Shown: positions 35,136 through 44,512, numbered from the stretch's first letter. The stretch is DNA of 54,581 nt from a virus (IMGVR_UViG_3300023093_000003:1-54581); one strand, 5' to 3'. Program-made: numbers and translations. Notes: generated by a model not told the origin, from the sequence alone.

Positions 35136-35768
35136 TTACTTCGCCGACGCGATCCGCTTGATCGAGTTGATGACGAAGGGTGCAGCCCGATCGCGGGCGG
35201 GGTCGCCGAGCCTCACCACGCGGACGCTCTTGCCTGACGCGGCGTTGTCCGTGGGTTTGGCTGGGGTATCGGTGCCGGCCGCCGAGACGGTCGTGAATTC
35301 TTGGTCGAGAGCGTAACTCTTGGTGCCTGTGATACGGGCGTTTGCCTGCGCTGGCACCCCCACAGCGCTGAGCTCAAACCATTCCCAGCTAGTGAACTTC
35401 AACCCGCCGCTAGGCAGGCCTTCCATCTCCAATGGACGAAAGCCAATTGAGACTGCACGGCGGAGGCCATTTTTGACCAGCGCCCATGCCTTGTCGCACA
35501 GGTCTTTGACTTCGCCAGGTTCGGCGATCTTTTTGATGTGCGCCCAGAACTTGATGCCGCTGTCGGACACCTCCACCTTATCCACCTCCCCAACGACCAA
35601 CTCATGGTCGTGATCAAGCAGGAAGGGGAGCGGCAACTCGAACTTAGCGCCGCGGGGCATCACAATGTCGCCCATCCGATCTTCATCAGGCGTGGACGCC
35701 CAGCCCTCAATGGTACGAGCGTCATCGTCCAGCGCCTTGATGTGCAAGGCGACAAAAGCTCTGTTCAT
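35136..35768 (-). CDS. Prohead protease, HK97 family
   Basis: I.GWASTP..DR.GD, L..H.H, SIGFRP and ELSAV.VPA motifs. Confidence 0.93.
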   Translation of the reverse strand: MNRAFVALHIKALDDDARTIEGWASTPDEDRMGDIVMPRGAKFELPLPFLLDHDHELVVGEVDKVEVSDSGIKFWAHIKKIAEPGEVKDLCDKAWALVKNGLRRAVSIGFRPLEMEGLPSGGLKFTSWEWFELSAVGVPAQANARITGTKSYALDQEFTTVSAAGTDTPAKPTDNAASGKSVRVVRLGDPARDRAAPFVINSIKRIASAK

Positions 35769-35779
35769 TTTGATATCTC

Positions 35780-36682
35780 CTAGGCGGAGGTGGCGGCCCG
35801 CTTGTAAGGGCCACGCTTTTTGCCCCGCTGAGCAGCGCTTTGGTTCGCGCGGTGCTCTGGCGACGCCTTGCGACCGCGGAGCGTTTCCGCAATTTTCGCT
35901 CTATACTCGGGAGGGCGCTCGCGGCTGCGAGTGCCGTTCTCGTATGCCTTCCGAAGCGCTTCAGACTTAGCTGCGCGCTGCTCGGGAGTGTCTTTGTGCG
36001 CTAGGCGGCCTGCTTGAAGCGCGGCCATGTGCTCCGGCGGTACAATTCTGCCTTTGTTGGCCGCAGATAGGTTTGCCCTGTGCTCATCAGATCGAGGCGG
36101 CCGTTTTCGGCCCGTCATCTTCGCCGATAATTTGGCCCTAGTCTCATCAGACCGCTTCATACCGCGATGCGCTGCAGCCGTTTTTTCGACCGCATCAGCC
36201 GATCTCGCTTTTCCCTTCATCGGGGAAGTTCTCCCCTTCGCTGCAGCCGACCTTTTGGCTCTGACTTCGGGGTCTGCGGAAATTCGTCTCTGCTGCTCCC
36301 TCAGTTTTTCGAGGTGGTCGGGATTGTCCAACATCCGCTGTTTTGCCCGCTCGCTCGCACGCTGGCGCTGCTCAGGCGTAGCGCGAACGCCTAGGCAGGA
36401 GCCGGCAACAGGTGCAATATTGTACTCTGGCCGGAGCGTGTCGAAGTAATGCTGCTCTCTCTCAATCAGAGCGCTTTTAACCACAACGGTCTCTAGTACT
36501 CGGAACTCGAAAAATTCCGGGCCGTGCTTGGTCCATGAACTTTGCAAATGTCGAGAGTGGTGCGAGCCATGCTTAAGATGATGCCGATGGAGCTTCCACC
36601 TGGCCTCCAAATTGACTGCGCTGCCAATGTAGCGCTTGCCGTTCACAAGATTGACGATCTCGTATATGCCCGAGTCAGCCAT
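35780..36682 (-). CDS. GIY-YIG homing endonuclease with NUMOD3 repeats
   Basis: SGIYEI.N..NGKRYIGS...R...H...E..YN; repeated S.E.RAK(L/I)S motifs. Confidence 0.92.
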   Translation of the reverse strand: MADSGIYEIVNLVNGKRYIGSAVNLEARWKLHRHHLKHGSHHSRHLQSSWTKHGPEFFEFRVLETVVVKSALIEREQHYFDTLRPEYNIAPVAGSCLGVRATPEQRQRASERAKQRMLDNPDHLEKLREQQRRISADPEVRAKRSAAAKGRTSPMKGKARSADAVEKTAAAHRGMKRSDETRAKLSAKMTGRKRPPRSDEHRANLSAANKGRIVPPEHMAALQAGRLAHKDTPEQRAAKSEALRKAYENGTRSRERPPEYRAKIAETLRGRKASPEHRANQSAAQRGKKRGPYKRAATSA

Positions 36683-36746
36683 GCGGTGCACCTCAACTGC
36701 ATTCGTGGTTAGGGTCGGGATCGGTGCTCCAACACCATCTCGACCC
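36676..36746 (-). promoter_or_regulatory. Structured leader of the GIY-YIG gene
   Basis: Hairpin GGGTCG..GAT.GGTG/CACC.ATC..CGACCC, then a second stem enclosing the GAGGT RBS and ATG. Confidence 0.5.
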
Positions 36747-36764
36747 GATTTGCTTATCACATCC

Positions 36765-38615
36765 TCAAAGGATCAGCATCTGAAATTGGCCGCCGGTATT
36801 AGGCGGCACAGAGAGCAGCACGCCCACGGCCATGATGGCCGCAATCGCAGCATCGATTTTGTTCACCGCCCGCTCCTTTGCGAGCCAATAATTGCCCCAG
36901 CGGTCCTCGTCGGTGACGGCCGACATGATGGCCGAGATGAGAACCGGGTTCATCAGGAGGCGGAGGCGGTCTTCCATCAGCATCGTCTCGAACAGCTTCA
37001 CCGAGGCCGGCATCCAGAGCCCCTCCGGCTCCTTGCCCGCGGCCTTGGCTTCTCGGATCATCGCCTCGGTCGGCTTACCCTTCTTGGTCCCGCCCTGGGG
37101 GTGCTCCACCTGGTCGATGCTTAAACCGATCGCATTCAGTTCCGGCTCGAGGCTCGACCGGTAGGCGTACCGGTCATATCCGAGCGCCAGCACGTCGAAG
37201 TTGTGATCGTATTCGGCAACTGCCTGGGCGACGTGGCGGTAGGCGATAATCTCGCCCTTGGGGGCGTGTAGGAATTTTTGGCGGACCCATGTTTGATACG
37301 GCGCCTTGTCCCGCATCGCTCGCGCGTCGATCGTGTCGCCGGGCGTCCAAGCCTCGACCCAGACATCGACGATCGGTTTCCCAGCATGCGGACCTTGCTC
37401 GACCACTCCGGACTGCACCGCGCACCCGAGGGCGGTGATATCCTTCGTCTGCGAGAGATCGACGCCGAGCCCGGCGCGCTTGCCGTAATGGTCCTTTGGG
37501 TCGAACGTGACGAGGGCGCGCTCAAGGACTTCGCGCGACATCCAAGCGGATGCGGCGTCGGTCCAAACGCAAAAGTGAAGGCGGAGAATGCCGTTCATCG
37601 CGCCAGGCATCTGCTTTGCCTGCTTCACGACTTCGGCGAGGTACTCTTCCGTGATTGTAATGCCGAGAAGCGGGTTTGCCTTCGACCAGCAGGAAGGATC
37701 GTTAAGGGGGTCGTCGCCGACGTCCAGCGAACAAACGAAACTGAAGGTCGTGTCGTCGATCGGCTCGCCGAGGTATTGCGGATCTTCGTCCTTCGCCTCG
37801 ATGTTTCCCGCCGCGACCCTGACCGCGTGCTCGTGCTGCTCCCAGCAGAAACTATTCCGGTTCGATCCGCTGTTCGTGATCATCACCAGCAGCGGCTGTC
37901 GGCGAAATTTGAAACCGCGCTCGAGCATCTCCGCGATGCTGCGATCGGCCATCTCGTGGACTTCGTCGCAGAGCGCGAAGTGGGGACGGGGGCCTGACCC
38001 TGTCTTGCCCGCCTCACGACTGATCGGCCGGAAAAACGATCCCTTGGCGAGGAATGCGAGGTTGTGCTCTTTGCCGTCGCCGCCGCTCGGCGTGATTCTC
38101 TTTTTGAGATCCGGCGACTGCTTCATCATCTTCACGGCGTCGCGGAAGAGGACTTGCGCCTGATCCTTCTTTGATGCGGCGGCGTAGATCTCTGCCCCAG
38201 GCTCACCGTCTGCGGTGAGGCCCATCAGCCCTAGGCCGGCAACCCACGGACTTTTCCCGTTCCCCTTGCCTTCCTCGATGTAGGCGCGTCGGAACCGCCT
38301 AGTTCCGTCTGCGCGCTTCCATCCGGCGATCGATCCAGTTTTGAAGGCTTGGCTGGGGTGCAGCTTGAAGGGGCGGCCCTCGAATTGACCGTCGCTGAGC
38401 TTCAGCCTCTCCTCATAGAAACGGATGGCCTTGGCAGCGGCCTCCGGGTCGTAGTGGAGACCCCTGGCTTTCCCCTTCTTCAGGTCGTCGAGATGCCGCC
38501 GGCAGGCGTTCCTGATATGCGGACCAGCTACCGTCTTCCCCGATACCACGCTCTTGGCATATGCGGTCGCGCGGTCAGTCGTCGAAGAACTCGTCCCGCT
38601 CTTCCTTGTCTGCAT
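36765..38615 (-). CDS. terL: Terminase large subunit
   Basis: Walker A GKGNGKS, Walker B LCDEVHE, W.KANP.LG, G.DLS...D and KIDAA motifs. Confidence 0.96.
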   Translation of the reverse strand: MQTRKSGTSSSTTDRATAYAKSVVSGKTVAGPHIRNACRRHLDDLKKGKARGLHYDPEAAAKAIRFYEERLKLSDGQFEGRPFKLHPSQAFKTGSIAGWKRADGTRRFRRAYIEEGKGNGKSPWVAGLGLMGLTADGEPGAEIYAAASKKDQAQVLFRDAVKMMKQSPDLKKRITPSGGDGKEHNLAFLAKGSFFRPISREAGKTGSGPRPHFALCDEVHEMADRSIAEMLERGFKFRRQPLLVMITNSGSNRNSFCWEQHEHAVRVAAGNIEAKDEDPQYLGEPIDDTTFSFVCSLDVGDDPLNDPSCWSKANPLLGITITEEYLAEVVKQAKQMPGAMNGILRLHFCVWTDAASAWMSREVLERALVTFDPKDHYGKRAGLGVDLSQTKDITALGCAVQSGVVEQGPHAGKPIVDVWVEAWTPGDTIDARAMRDKAPYQTWVRQKFLHAPKGEIIAYRHVAQAVAEYDHNFDVLALGYDRYAYRSSLEPELNAIGLSIDQVEHPQGGTKKGKPTEAMIREAKAAGKEPEGLWMPASVKLFETMLMEDRLRLLMNPVLISAIMSAVTDEDRWGNYWLAKERAVNKIDAAIAAIMAVGVLLSVPPNTGGQFQMLIL

Positions 38616-38973
38616 CGCCAGCCCGGTTCCGTTCGTCGGTCAGGCCGAGCTCGCTCATGTAGGCGCGCATCTGGCCGTGCTTCGCTGAGGGAAAACGAAC
38701 CGGCGATTCTCGGAACTCTTTCCAGAGCTCGCAGAATGCGATCGCCGCCGGCTCACGCGATGCGTCGAGCCAGGCGGCCGGTTCGATGTACTGCTTCCAC
38801 GCCACTGCGGCGATACCGCGAACCCATGAAGGCTTGACCAGCTTGCCGAAGGACGCCGCGGCTTCTTCGACCTGCTGCTTGACCTTCCCCGCGTCGCCGT
38901 GGCGGGTCGCATTGTGGGTGCCGTCGACAAGCCGAAGGCGCGCCGGCTTCGGCTTCGCTCCTCGCGTTGCCAT
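38575..38973 (-). CDS. terS: Terminase small subunit (P27-like)
   Basis: RG.KPKP..L..V.G N-terminus and ELGLT..R C-terminus; overlaps terL. Confidence 0.85.
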   Translation of the reverse strand: MATRGAKPKPARLRLVDGTHNATRHGDAGKVKQQVEEAAASFGKLVKPSWVRGIAAVAWKQYIEPAAWLDASREPAAIAFCELWKEFRESPVRFPSAKHGQMRAYMSELGLTDERNRAGDADKEERDEFFDD

Positions 38974-39029
38974 GCTGGAATCTCCGCCAAACGCCTTGCA
39001 GATTGGCCATTTTGAAACATCAATGTGCA

Positions 39030-39098
39030 AATGCGCAAATTTCAGAATGCCGTCGGTCTAGAGGCAAACCGGTTTTGAGTCTGGACCTCCCCGCCCCC
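39030..39098. other. Candidate cos region
   Basis: Intergenic gap between HNH and terS with a GGGGGCGGGG run on the minus strand, the usual cos position in HK97-like phages. Confidence 0.4.
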
Positions 39099-39410
39099 TC
39101 ATGGTTGCGGCCAGCCATCGTCTCCGATCGCTGCGATGATCCTACCACTCTTTTCGGCCCGCTGTTTGTCGCTATCGTGACATGGCTTGCACAGCGACTG
39201 GAATGGGCCAGACCAGAACTTTACCTCGTCGCCCTTATGGCGCTCGATGTGGTCGCACACCGTTGCGACGACCACCATGCCGCGGGCTTCATGCATCACG
39301 CAGAGTGGATGTTCAGCGAGCTGGCGCGCGCGAAGGGCTTGCCATCGCGCCGTCTTGTACCAGCGCTTGTAGGCCGGCTCGTCGGCTCGGTTCGGGTAGC
39401 GCTCAGCCAC
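39099..39410 (-). CDS. HNH endonuclease (packaging-associated, HK97 gp74-like)
   Basis: W..LR...L...PLC, DHI..H.GD...FW and QSLCKPCH..KQ motifs; directly upstream of terS. Confidence 0.9.
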   Translation of the reverse strand: MAERYPNRADEPAYKRWYKTARWQALRARQLAEHPLCVMHEARGMVVVATVCDHIERHKGDEVKFWSGPFQSLCKPCHDSDKQRAEKSGRIIAAIGDDGWPQP

Positions 39411-39582
39411 GACCACGGAACACAGCACGCACCCGGCTGGCTATGCGCTCACCCTCGGCGATACGCTTCTCGACCTGGGCGATGCACTTGCAAGGCTCAG
39501 CCACATCGAACGCAAGCGCGTGGAGATCCCCGGCCAACTGCTCAAGCTCACGTGCGCTGGCGAGGTGGGCAGGCTGGGCCAT
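39403..39582 (-). CDS. 59-aa hypothetical protein (not in ORF track)
   Basis: GGGGAG RBS; MAQPAHLASARELEQLAG...RGRG*; 8-nt overlap with HNH. Confidence 0.6.
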   Translation of the reverse strand: MAQPAHLASARELEQLAGDLHALAFDVAEPCKCIAQVEKRIAEGERIASRVRAVFRGRG

Positions 39583-39597
39583 TGCGCTCCCCCAAAC

Positions 39598-39673
39598 AGA
39601 TAGAGCCGCAGTCCCTTTCGGGCGCGGCTCTATCTCTTACAGGGATACATACACTTAGGTGCGCACAGGTCAA
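39598..39673 (-). promoter_or_regulatory. Candidate late promoter followed by a strong hairpin (pR'/tR'-like)
   Basis: TTGACC at 39673-39668 on the minus strand; 12-bp perfect inverted repeat AGATAGAGCCGC/GCGGCTCTATCT spanning 39598-39635. Confidence 0.5.
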
Positions 39674-39930
39674 CCGCTATTTACGTCATCCTGCCGTGTG
39701 GGCTTCACATAAATTGCAAGGGTGTGGACCGGGTCTCCGGTGTGGGTGTTGGGCGTCCATTTGGTTGAGACCCAATGCGCCACCTCGTTCACGATGAAGC
39801 TCGACGAGCCATGCCGATCAATCACATCTTGGTCGGCCACCCAGATGTATTCTCCAACCCTCGGCGAGCACCTCAGATATACCGAGCAGACCTCGGTATC
39901 ATCCTCGAGCATGATCCTTGCGCCGATCAT
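39670..39930 (-). CDS. Hypothetical protein
   Basis: PRVGEYI motif; ATGA-coupled. Confidence 0.6.
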   Translation of the reverse strand: MIGARIMLEDDTEVCSVYLRCSPRVGEYIWVADQDVIDRHGSSSFIVNEVAHWVSTKWTPNTHTGDPVHTLAIYVKPTRQDDVNSG

Positions 39931-40205
39931 GTGGGAGGGCTATCCGCTGCAAGCTCCGCGTCGATCGCCCCACGATAAGCATCCCGCAGCGATCCTTTTC
40001 CGCCACCCTGATATTCGTCGTACATGGCGTCTATCATCGCAGCGGTCGGCTCACGCATGGCCGCGATGACGCTCCGGGATATCTCCCGCCACATCTCTCT
40101 ATCATGCTCGCCCGTATTGGGCTTCTCCTTCTCGGGAAGGGTGGCCCAGTCATGGCCATAAGCAGATGCAGCAGCGATGGCGCCGCGTTCAATCATCGTC
40201 GTCAT
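39927..40205 (-). CDS. Hypothetical protein (MIER.A.A / AMREPT..M type)
   Basis: Recurrent prophage motif pattern. Confidence 0.65.
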   Translation of the reverse strand: MTTMIERGAIAAASAYGHDWATLPEKEKPNTGEHDREMWREISRSVIAAMREPTAAMIDAMYDEYQGGGKGSLRDAYRGAIDAELAADSPPT

Positions 40206-40210
40206 GAAAT

Positions 40211-40432
40211 TTACTCGTGCAAACCGTTGCTCTCGAAGTCGACGATGAAGGCGTTGATGGCACCCTCCGCCTCGCGCCACCTTACTCTGCGATGCTCGTC
40301 TTCGGGGGCGTGTGGGGAGCACTGCCCTTCGACCGCAACCATAGCGCGCAGCTTCCCCTTTGCCTGTTCCCAGAGGGATGCCTTCGCAACTCCAATGGCT
40401 TCGGATTTCGTCATGGTCACAGCCGCCTCCAC
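40211..40432 (-). CDS. Hypothetical protein
   Basis: Fills the gap in the operon; start uncertain. Confidence 0.55.
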   Translation of the reverse strand: MEAAVTMTKSEAIGVAKASLWEQAKGKLRAMVAVEGQCSPHAPEDEHRRVRWREAEGAINAFIVDFESNGLHE

Positions 40433-40989
40433 ATCGCTATCAAGCTCGCAGTGAATGCGACCGTTGTTTTCGCGGCGTCAACCGCAGACCGGCTGTTGCT
40501 CGCGATGCGCGACCCGGCAATGCCAGCCTCCTCATCGAAGCGGCAGACGTTTTCGTAAACGTCCCAGTATGGCCGAGGTGTGCGGCCCTTGAGCCATTGC
40601 AGTTCATCGAGCGCCTCTTGCTGAGACATGCCCTCGACCTGGTTGTCGACGACATCACGCGCGCAGTCCACAGCCCGCAGGTTGCCGTCCGCTCGAATCC
40701 ACAGGCTTTGCGTATAGCGGATCGCCCGCTGCTGCCCTTCTTCGAACATGCCGCGCTTGTCGTTCGCGATCCAGCGATCGACCGCTGTGCCGCCTCGGTT
40801 GATGAGCACCGTCAAGATTTTGCCCTTCTCACCCAACTCGCCGACCAGGTCGACGACCTTGCCGATCGCGAGGTGGGATATCTGCGCCTCGGGCACGCCG
40901 ATGTCGCGCGCCAGCGTCGCAACCTTGTCCCGCTCGGTCGGGAGCGGGCGCCGGATTCTCGTCGTCTTCTTTGTCTTCGCCCGCGCCAT
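40417..40989 (-). CDS. Putative late transcription regulator (Q position)
   Basis: Position between replication and packaging genes; helical C-terminal HTH-like region. Confidence 0.45.
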   Translation of the reverse strand: MARAKTKKTTRIRRPLPTERDKVATLARDIGVPEAQISHLAIGKVVDLVGELGEKGKILTVLINRGGTAVDRWIANDKRGMFEEGQQRAIRYTQSLWIRADGNLRAVDCARDVVDNQVEGMSQQEALDELQWLKGRTPRPYWDVYENVCRFDEEAGIAGSRIASNSRSAVDAAKTTVAFTASLIAMWRRL

Positions 40990-41057
40990 GATGGAGCCAC
41001 TCCCTTATCTGTAGAACATAATCAGAACGATGATGGTTGTCACCGACACATCATGAA

Positions 41058-41681
41058 TTACGCGACATCGGTTTCGCGCTGGGGTTCGTACCGGATCTCA
41101 TAGCCGCCATCCTTGGCGTACCTGAGATACCCCTTCTCGACTGCAATGCGACGCCATTGGTCGGGCGCGGCGTCGATCTCGACCATCGACACTTCCCTTG
41201 CGCGCAGCCGATCCATGAACGTTTCGAACTGTTGCTGGGCATATTGATGGAGCAGTGCCCGAGCATGGCCTCGCTCGGTGCCGGGCTGCCGGTACTCCCG
41301 TAGGATGTCCAAGCACTGCCGAGGCGTCGGGAACCAGTCGAGCGTGGCGCAAGCTCGGCGAGACATGAAAGACAGCGCGTCGTTGGTGAACTCGCCGAGG
41401 AGGCGCGAGTAAACGGCGACCCGCATCTTCCCGCTTTCCGCGTCCTGCGACCGGCTCGGCAACGTCGCTGCAATGAACTCGAGGTGCCGCGAAATCTCTT
41501 GCACTGTCGCGGGCTGTCGTTGCGGTTCCGGCGTATCCGCCCATGCAGCGAGCGAGCGCGCCTCTTCCGCTGTGGTCGGAAGCCGAATTTCGGGCTTAGC
41601 GACTAGCGACGTCTCGAAGGGCTGCGGTGAATCCGTCCACTCGTTGACCACTCTGAGCACCGTTTTTCCGATCGTTTCCAC
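41058..41681 (-). CDS. Replication accessory protein (lambda P position, helicase-loader-like)
   Basis: Overlaps the initiator; Y..LL......L......A....WFPTP motif. Confidence 0.55.
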   Translation of the reverse strand: METIGKTVLRVVNEWTDSPQPFETSLVAKPEIRLPTTAEEARSLAAWADTPEPQRQPATVQEISRHLEFIAATLPSRSQDAESGKMRVAVYSRLLGEFTNDALSFMSRRACATLDWFPTPRQCLDILREYRQPGTERGHARALLHQYAQQQFETFMDRLRAREVSMVEIDAAPDQWRRIAVEKGYLRYAKDGGYEIRYEPQRETDVA

Positions 41682-42354
41682 GTGGTGTCCAATCCCTGTC
41701 CGCTCGATTGATCCAATTGGCCCAAGCCAAATTCCAGTTGAGCTTTCGGCCCTTGCCGTCTTCGTCCTTCGCGTTCGCGGCCCAGCCTCGGAAGTCGCTC
41801 AGCTCATCCGCAAGCTTGCCGGGTGGCCACTTCGCTACCTTCGCTTGGGTGATGTCGGAGAGCGGTTCAGGCTCCCAATTGTCGGGCAAACGATGGAATC
41901 CCAACTTGGACGCTTTCGCGCGGCCCCTCGGAGAAGGCGAAGCCTTCGGAGAGGTATTGGTAGTTACTGGTAGTTTGGGTGCCTGTGTGGCGGGTGTTAA
42001 CGACTGGCTGTCGGGCGTCTCAATGTCGGGCGTCTCACAGTCACCCGTCTCACTGACGCCCGTCTGTGTGGCGGGTGTTAAATCAGTATCCACGGGATGT
42101 ACGGTATAGACGACACCGTGCCGTAGCTGCCGCCTGCTCAGGTGGCCAAGATGCACTAAGCGCTGCACTGCGCGCTGCACTGCGCGTTCCGACAAGACGC
42201 ATTTCGTCGTGAGTCCAGTTTCGCCCAGCACGGGCGGCCACGCCTGCGCGTCCTCGTTCGCCATGACCGAAAGCACGAGCAACACAGTTCGCTCAGGACT
42301 GGTAACACCAGGCACGGACATAGCCGCACGCACAAGATCGAACCCAGTGAGCAT
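41596..42354 (-). CDS. Replication initiator (lambda O-like, N-terminal HTH)
   Basis: VLL.L...AN....AWP...LSERAVQRA...L...G.L; internal repeats; C-terminal F..W...K.NW...W.NWI. Confidence 0.8.
   Translation of the reverse strand: MLTGFDLVRAAMSVPGVTSPERTVLLVLSVMANEDAQAWPPVLGETGLTTKCVLSERAVQRAVQRLVHLGHLSRRQLRHGVVYTVHPVDTDLTPATQTGVSETGDCETPDIETPDSQSLTPATQAPKLPVTTNTSPKASPSPRGRAKASKLGFHRLPDNWEPEPLSDITQAKVAKWPPGKLADELSDFRGWAANAKDEDGKGRKLNWNLAWANWINRADRDWTPRGNDRKNGAQSGQRVDGFTAALRDVASR
41983..42081. repeat. Iteron-like repeats, probable replication origin
   Basis: CTGTGTGGCGGGTGTTAA at 41983 and 42064; CGTCT cores at 42016, 42031, 42046 and 42061 (15-bp period). Confidence 0.75.
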
Positions 42355-42671
42355 CAATTGGGTGCCCCGATCTCGTATCGATCGCGATGAATTGCGGTGC
42401 GCTCTTTTCCGCGCGGCCCAATGCACGATTGCCGCGGAAACGCACCGCAGACCGGACAGTGTACTGCCATAGCTTCGATCCGCAGCCGTCGGCGCGGCGG
42501 TGCTTTATCAACCCATCTATCACGCGATCGCTTTCGGGCTTGTCGAGCTCTGTCAGCAGCGCGACGCGCCTCTAGCGCGCTTTCATCCAACGCAAACTTG
42601 ACCGTCGAAGCGATCGCCTCATCACTGGCTCCAGCGGCTATCATAGCCCGTATGATGGCCACGAGACTCAC
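42354..42671 (-). CDS. Zinc-finger protein
   Basis: CPVCGA.P...C........H..R motif. Confidence 0.65.
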   Translation of the reverse strand: MSLVAIIRAMIAAGASDEAIASTVKFALDESALEARRAADRARQARKRSRDRWVDKAPPRRRLRIEAMAVHCPVCGAFPRQSCIGPRGKERTAIHRDRYEIGAPN

Positions 42672-42961
42672 GCGCCGCCGCTCTCCGGCGCCATCTCAGC
42701 GCGGAGCTTGCGCGCATGGTCAGCCAGCCGCTCCGCGCGCGCCTCCAGTGCCCAAACCGCGAGCTTCAGGTCGACATCGGACACGCCGCGGTCGGCCGTC
42801 ACCTTGTACCGCAGCGTGCGTTGGTCGATGTTCATGGCCTCGGCGAGCTTCTTTTGCCCGAGCAACTCGCCGGCCGTCTGCAGGGCGATCATCCGCCACG
42901 CAGCACGTGGGAATCTTCTCCGTTCCTGCATCGAGGAACACTGTGCAGCATCGGCCATCAC
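42668..42961 (-). CDS. HTH protein
   Basis: [20 protein letters not shown]. Confidence 0.65.
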   Translation of the reverse strand: MMADAAQCSSMQERRRFPRAAWRMIALQTAGELLGQKKLAEAMNIDQRTLRYKVTADRGVSDVDLKLAVWALEARAERLADHARKLRAEMAPESGGA

Positions 42962-43197
42962 GCGAGCCCAAGCGCCTGCTTGTAGGTCTCGAGTAGCATC
43001 TCCGCCTCGTCGCGGTGGTGCTTCTCCATCTTGCGCAGGCGGACGACGGTTTTGATCGTCTTCACGTCAAATCCGGTGCCCTTCGCCTCCCCGTAGACGT
43101 CCTTGATGTCGTCGGCGATGCCCTGCTTCTCGGCTTCGAGACGCTCTATGCGCTCAATCAACAATCTTAATTGATCGGCGGCGATGGTCTCGCTCAT
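42958..43197 (-). CDS. gapR: GapR/DUF2312-family nucleoid-associated protein
   Basis: [35 protein letters not shown] is the family signature. Confidence 0.92.
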   Translation of the reverse strand: MSETIAADQLRLLIERIERLEAEKQGIADDIKDVYGEAKGTGFDVKTIKTVVRLRKMEKHHRDEAEMLLETYKQALGLA

Positions 43198-43388
43198 GCT
43201 GCGGCACGCTTGGCTGCGTAAAGCGCCTGCCCTATCCACTCGGTAACATCGCTGTCGCGCTTGAAGAGCAGCCTCAGTTCAACCAAGGCATCGTCGGAGC
43301 GGCCGCCGACGATCGCCTGAACGATCGGGATAATGTCAGTGCGGGCGACCGTGCTGCGCTCGCGATCTTCGGTCACGATGTCGATCAT
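43194..43388 (-). CDS. Hypothetical protein
   Basis: MIDIVTEDR...; ATGA-coupled on both sides. Confidence 0.55.
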   Translation of the reverse strand: MIDIVTEDRERSTVARTDIIPIVQAIVGGRSDDALVELRLLFKRDSDVTEWIGQALYAAKRAAA

Positions 43389-44512
43389 GCGGCAATCCTC
43401 TCTTCGTGGAATTTCGGGATGAAGGGCGCGACCAGCGCGCGAACGTCGCCGCGGCCGGGCGAGGTGATCGCGGTCGGCTCCAGGGGGGCGCCCATTGACC
43501 ACGCGATCGTCTCGGAGCCGAACAGCGCCAGGGCATCGCGAACCGGACGCAGCGCGAAGGTGATGTCCATCGGCGTGCCGTTCCATTGCGCCACCAACTC
43601 GCATTGACCGTGGTCGCTGTTCTGCGCGCGGGCGCTGGCGAAGCATGTGCTGCCGAGCGAAAGGCGGAAGTCGCGATCGCGGCTGTCGGCGACCGCCGCA
43701 ACGAGCTCGATATCCGCGAGCAGGAAGTCTGCGCGGGCGGTGAGGGTGTTGGGCATCGCTGCATCGAACTCTTGCGACGTCGGCGGGTACGCGGCGTCGA
43801 TGAGCGGAGAGGCAATCCGCGTGCCGGCGAAATCGAACGCGATGCTGCGGTCGTCGATCGTGATGCCGACCGGCTCCGTGCCATTGGGGAGCACGGCGAG
43901 CAGTAGACGTGCCGTGCCATTGGGGAGCACGGCTTGGACGTCGTCTTGCGCGGCCGAAGTCATTTCGTGGATGCGGCTGGAATCGGTCGCGATGAAACCG
44001 AGCTGGTCGGCGCTGCCATGCAGCAGCACCGCGCCGAGATACGGCTTCACGAGATCGTCCTTCGGGACCGCTGCGACAGCCTCAAGGCCAGCGCGCAACA
44101 GGTCCGCCCGCGCCGTCAGCACCGCGCCTTGCGGGTCACGGGCTGGATACAGCGGCTTGTCGAAGTTCGGCAGCGATGCGCGCGACCGGCCGGCCGCGAG
44201 CGATACGGTCATCCCGTTGTCGGTCATTTCGACGCGCGCGCCCTTGGACGCCTTCTCCACCCAGCGCGACAGTGCAACGAACGGAACCGTTACGGCGAGA
44301 CTGATACCCTCGACGGCAACGCGGGTGCTGATCGAGCGATCAGTGTTGGCGCTGGTGATCGTGGCCAAGCCGTCGGCGGCCACGATGCGGATTAGCCCGA
44401 GGGGTGCCGACGATGGCGTCGACACGGACCAGGGTGGCGCCCAAGGCGGAACGCTGCCCGCGATGGCGAGAGCAGCGACGAACGCCTCTCGCTCGACGGT
44501 GATCGTCGTCAT
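43385..44512 (-). CDS. dnaN: DNA polymerase III beta sliding clamp homolog (divergent)
   Basis: About 375 aa; YL.AV.L, ATDSSR and S.LIDA.YP motifs; C-terminal LV.P. Confidence 0.75.
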   Translation of the reverse strand: MTTITVEREAFVAALAIAGSVPPWAPPWSVSTPSSAPLGLIRIVAADGLATITSANTDRSISTRVAVEGISLAVTVPFVALSRWVEKASKGARVEMTDNGMTVSLAAGRSRASLPNFDKPLYPARDPQGAVLTARADLLRAGLEAVAAVPKDDLVKPYLGAVLLHGSADQLGFIATDSSRIHEMTSAAQDDVQAVLPNGTARLLLAVLPNGTEPVGITIDDRSIAFDFAGTRIASPLIDAAYPPTSQEFDAAMPNTLTARADFLLADIELVAAVADSRDRDFRLSLGSTCFASARAQNSDHGQCELVAQWNGTPMDITFALRPVRDALALFGSETIAWSMGAPLEPTAITSPGRGDVRALVAPFIPKFHEERIAA

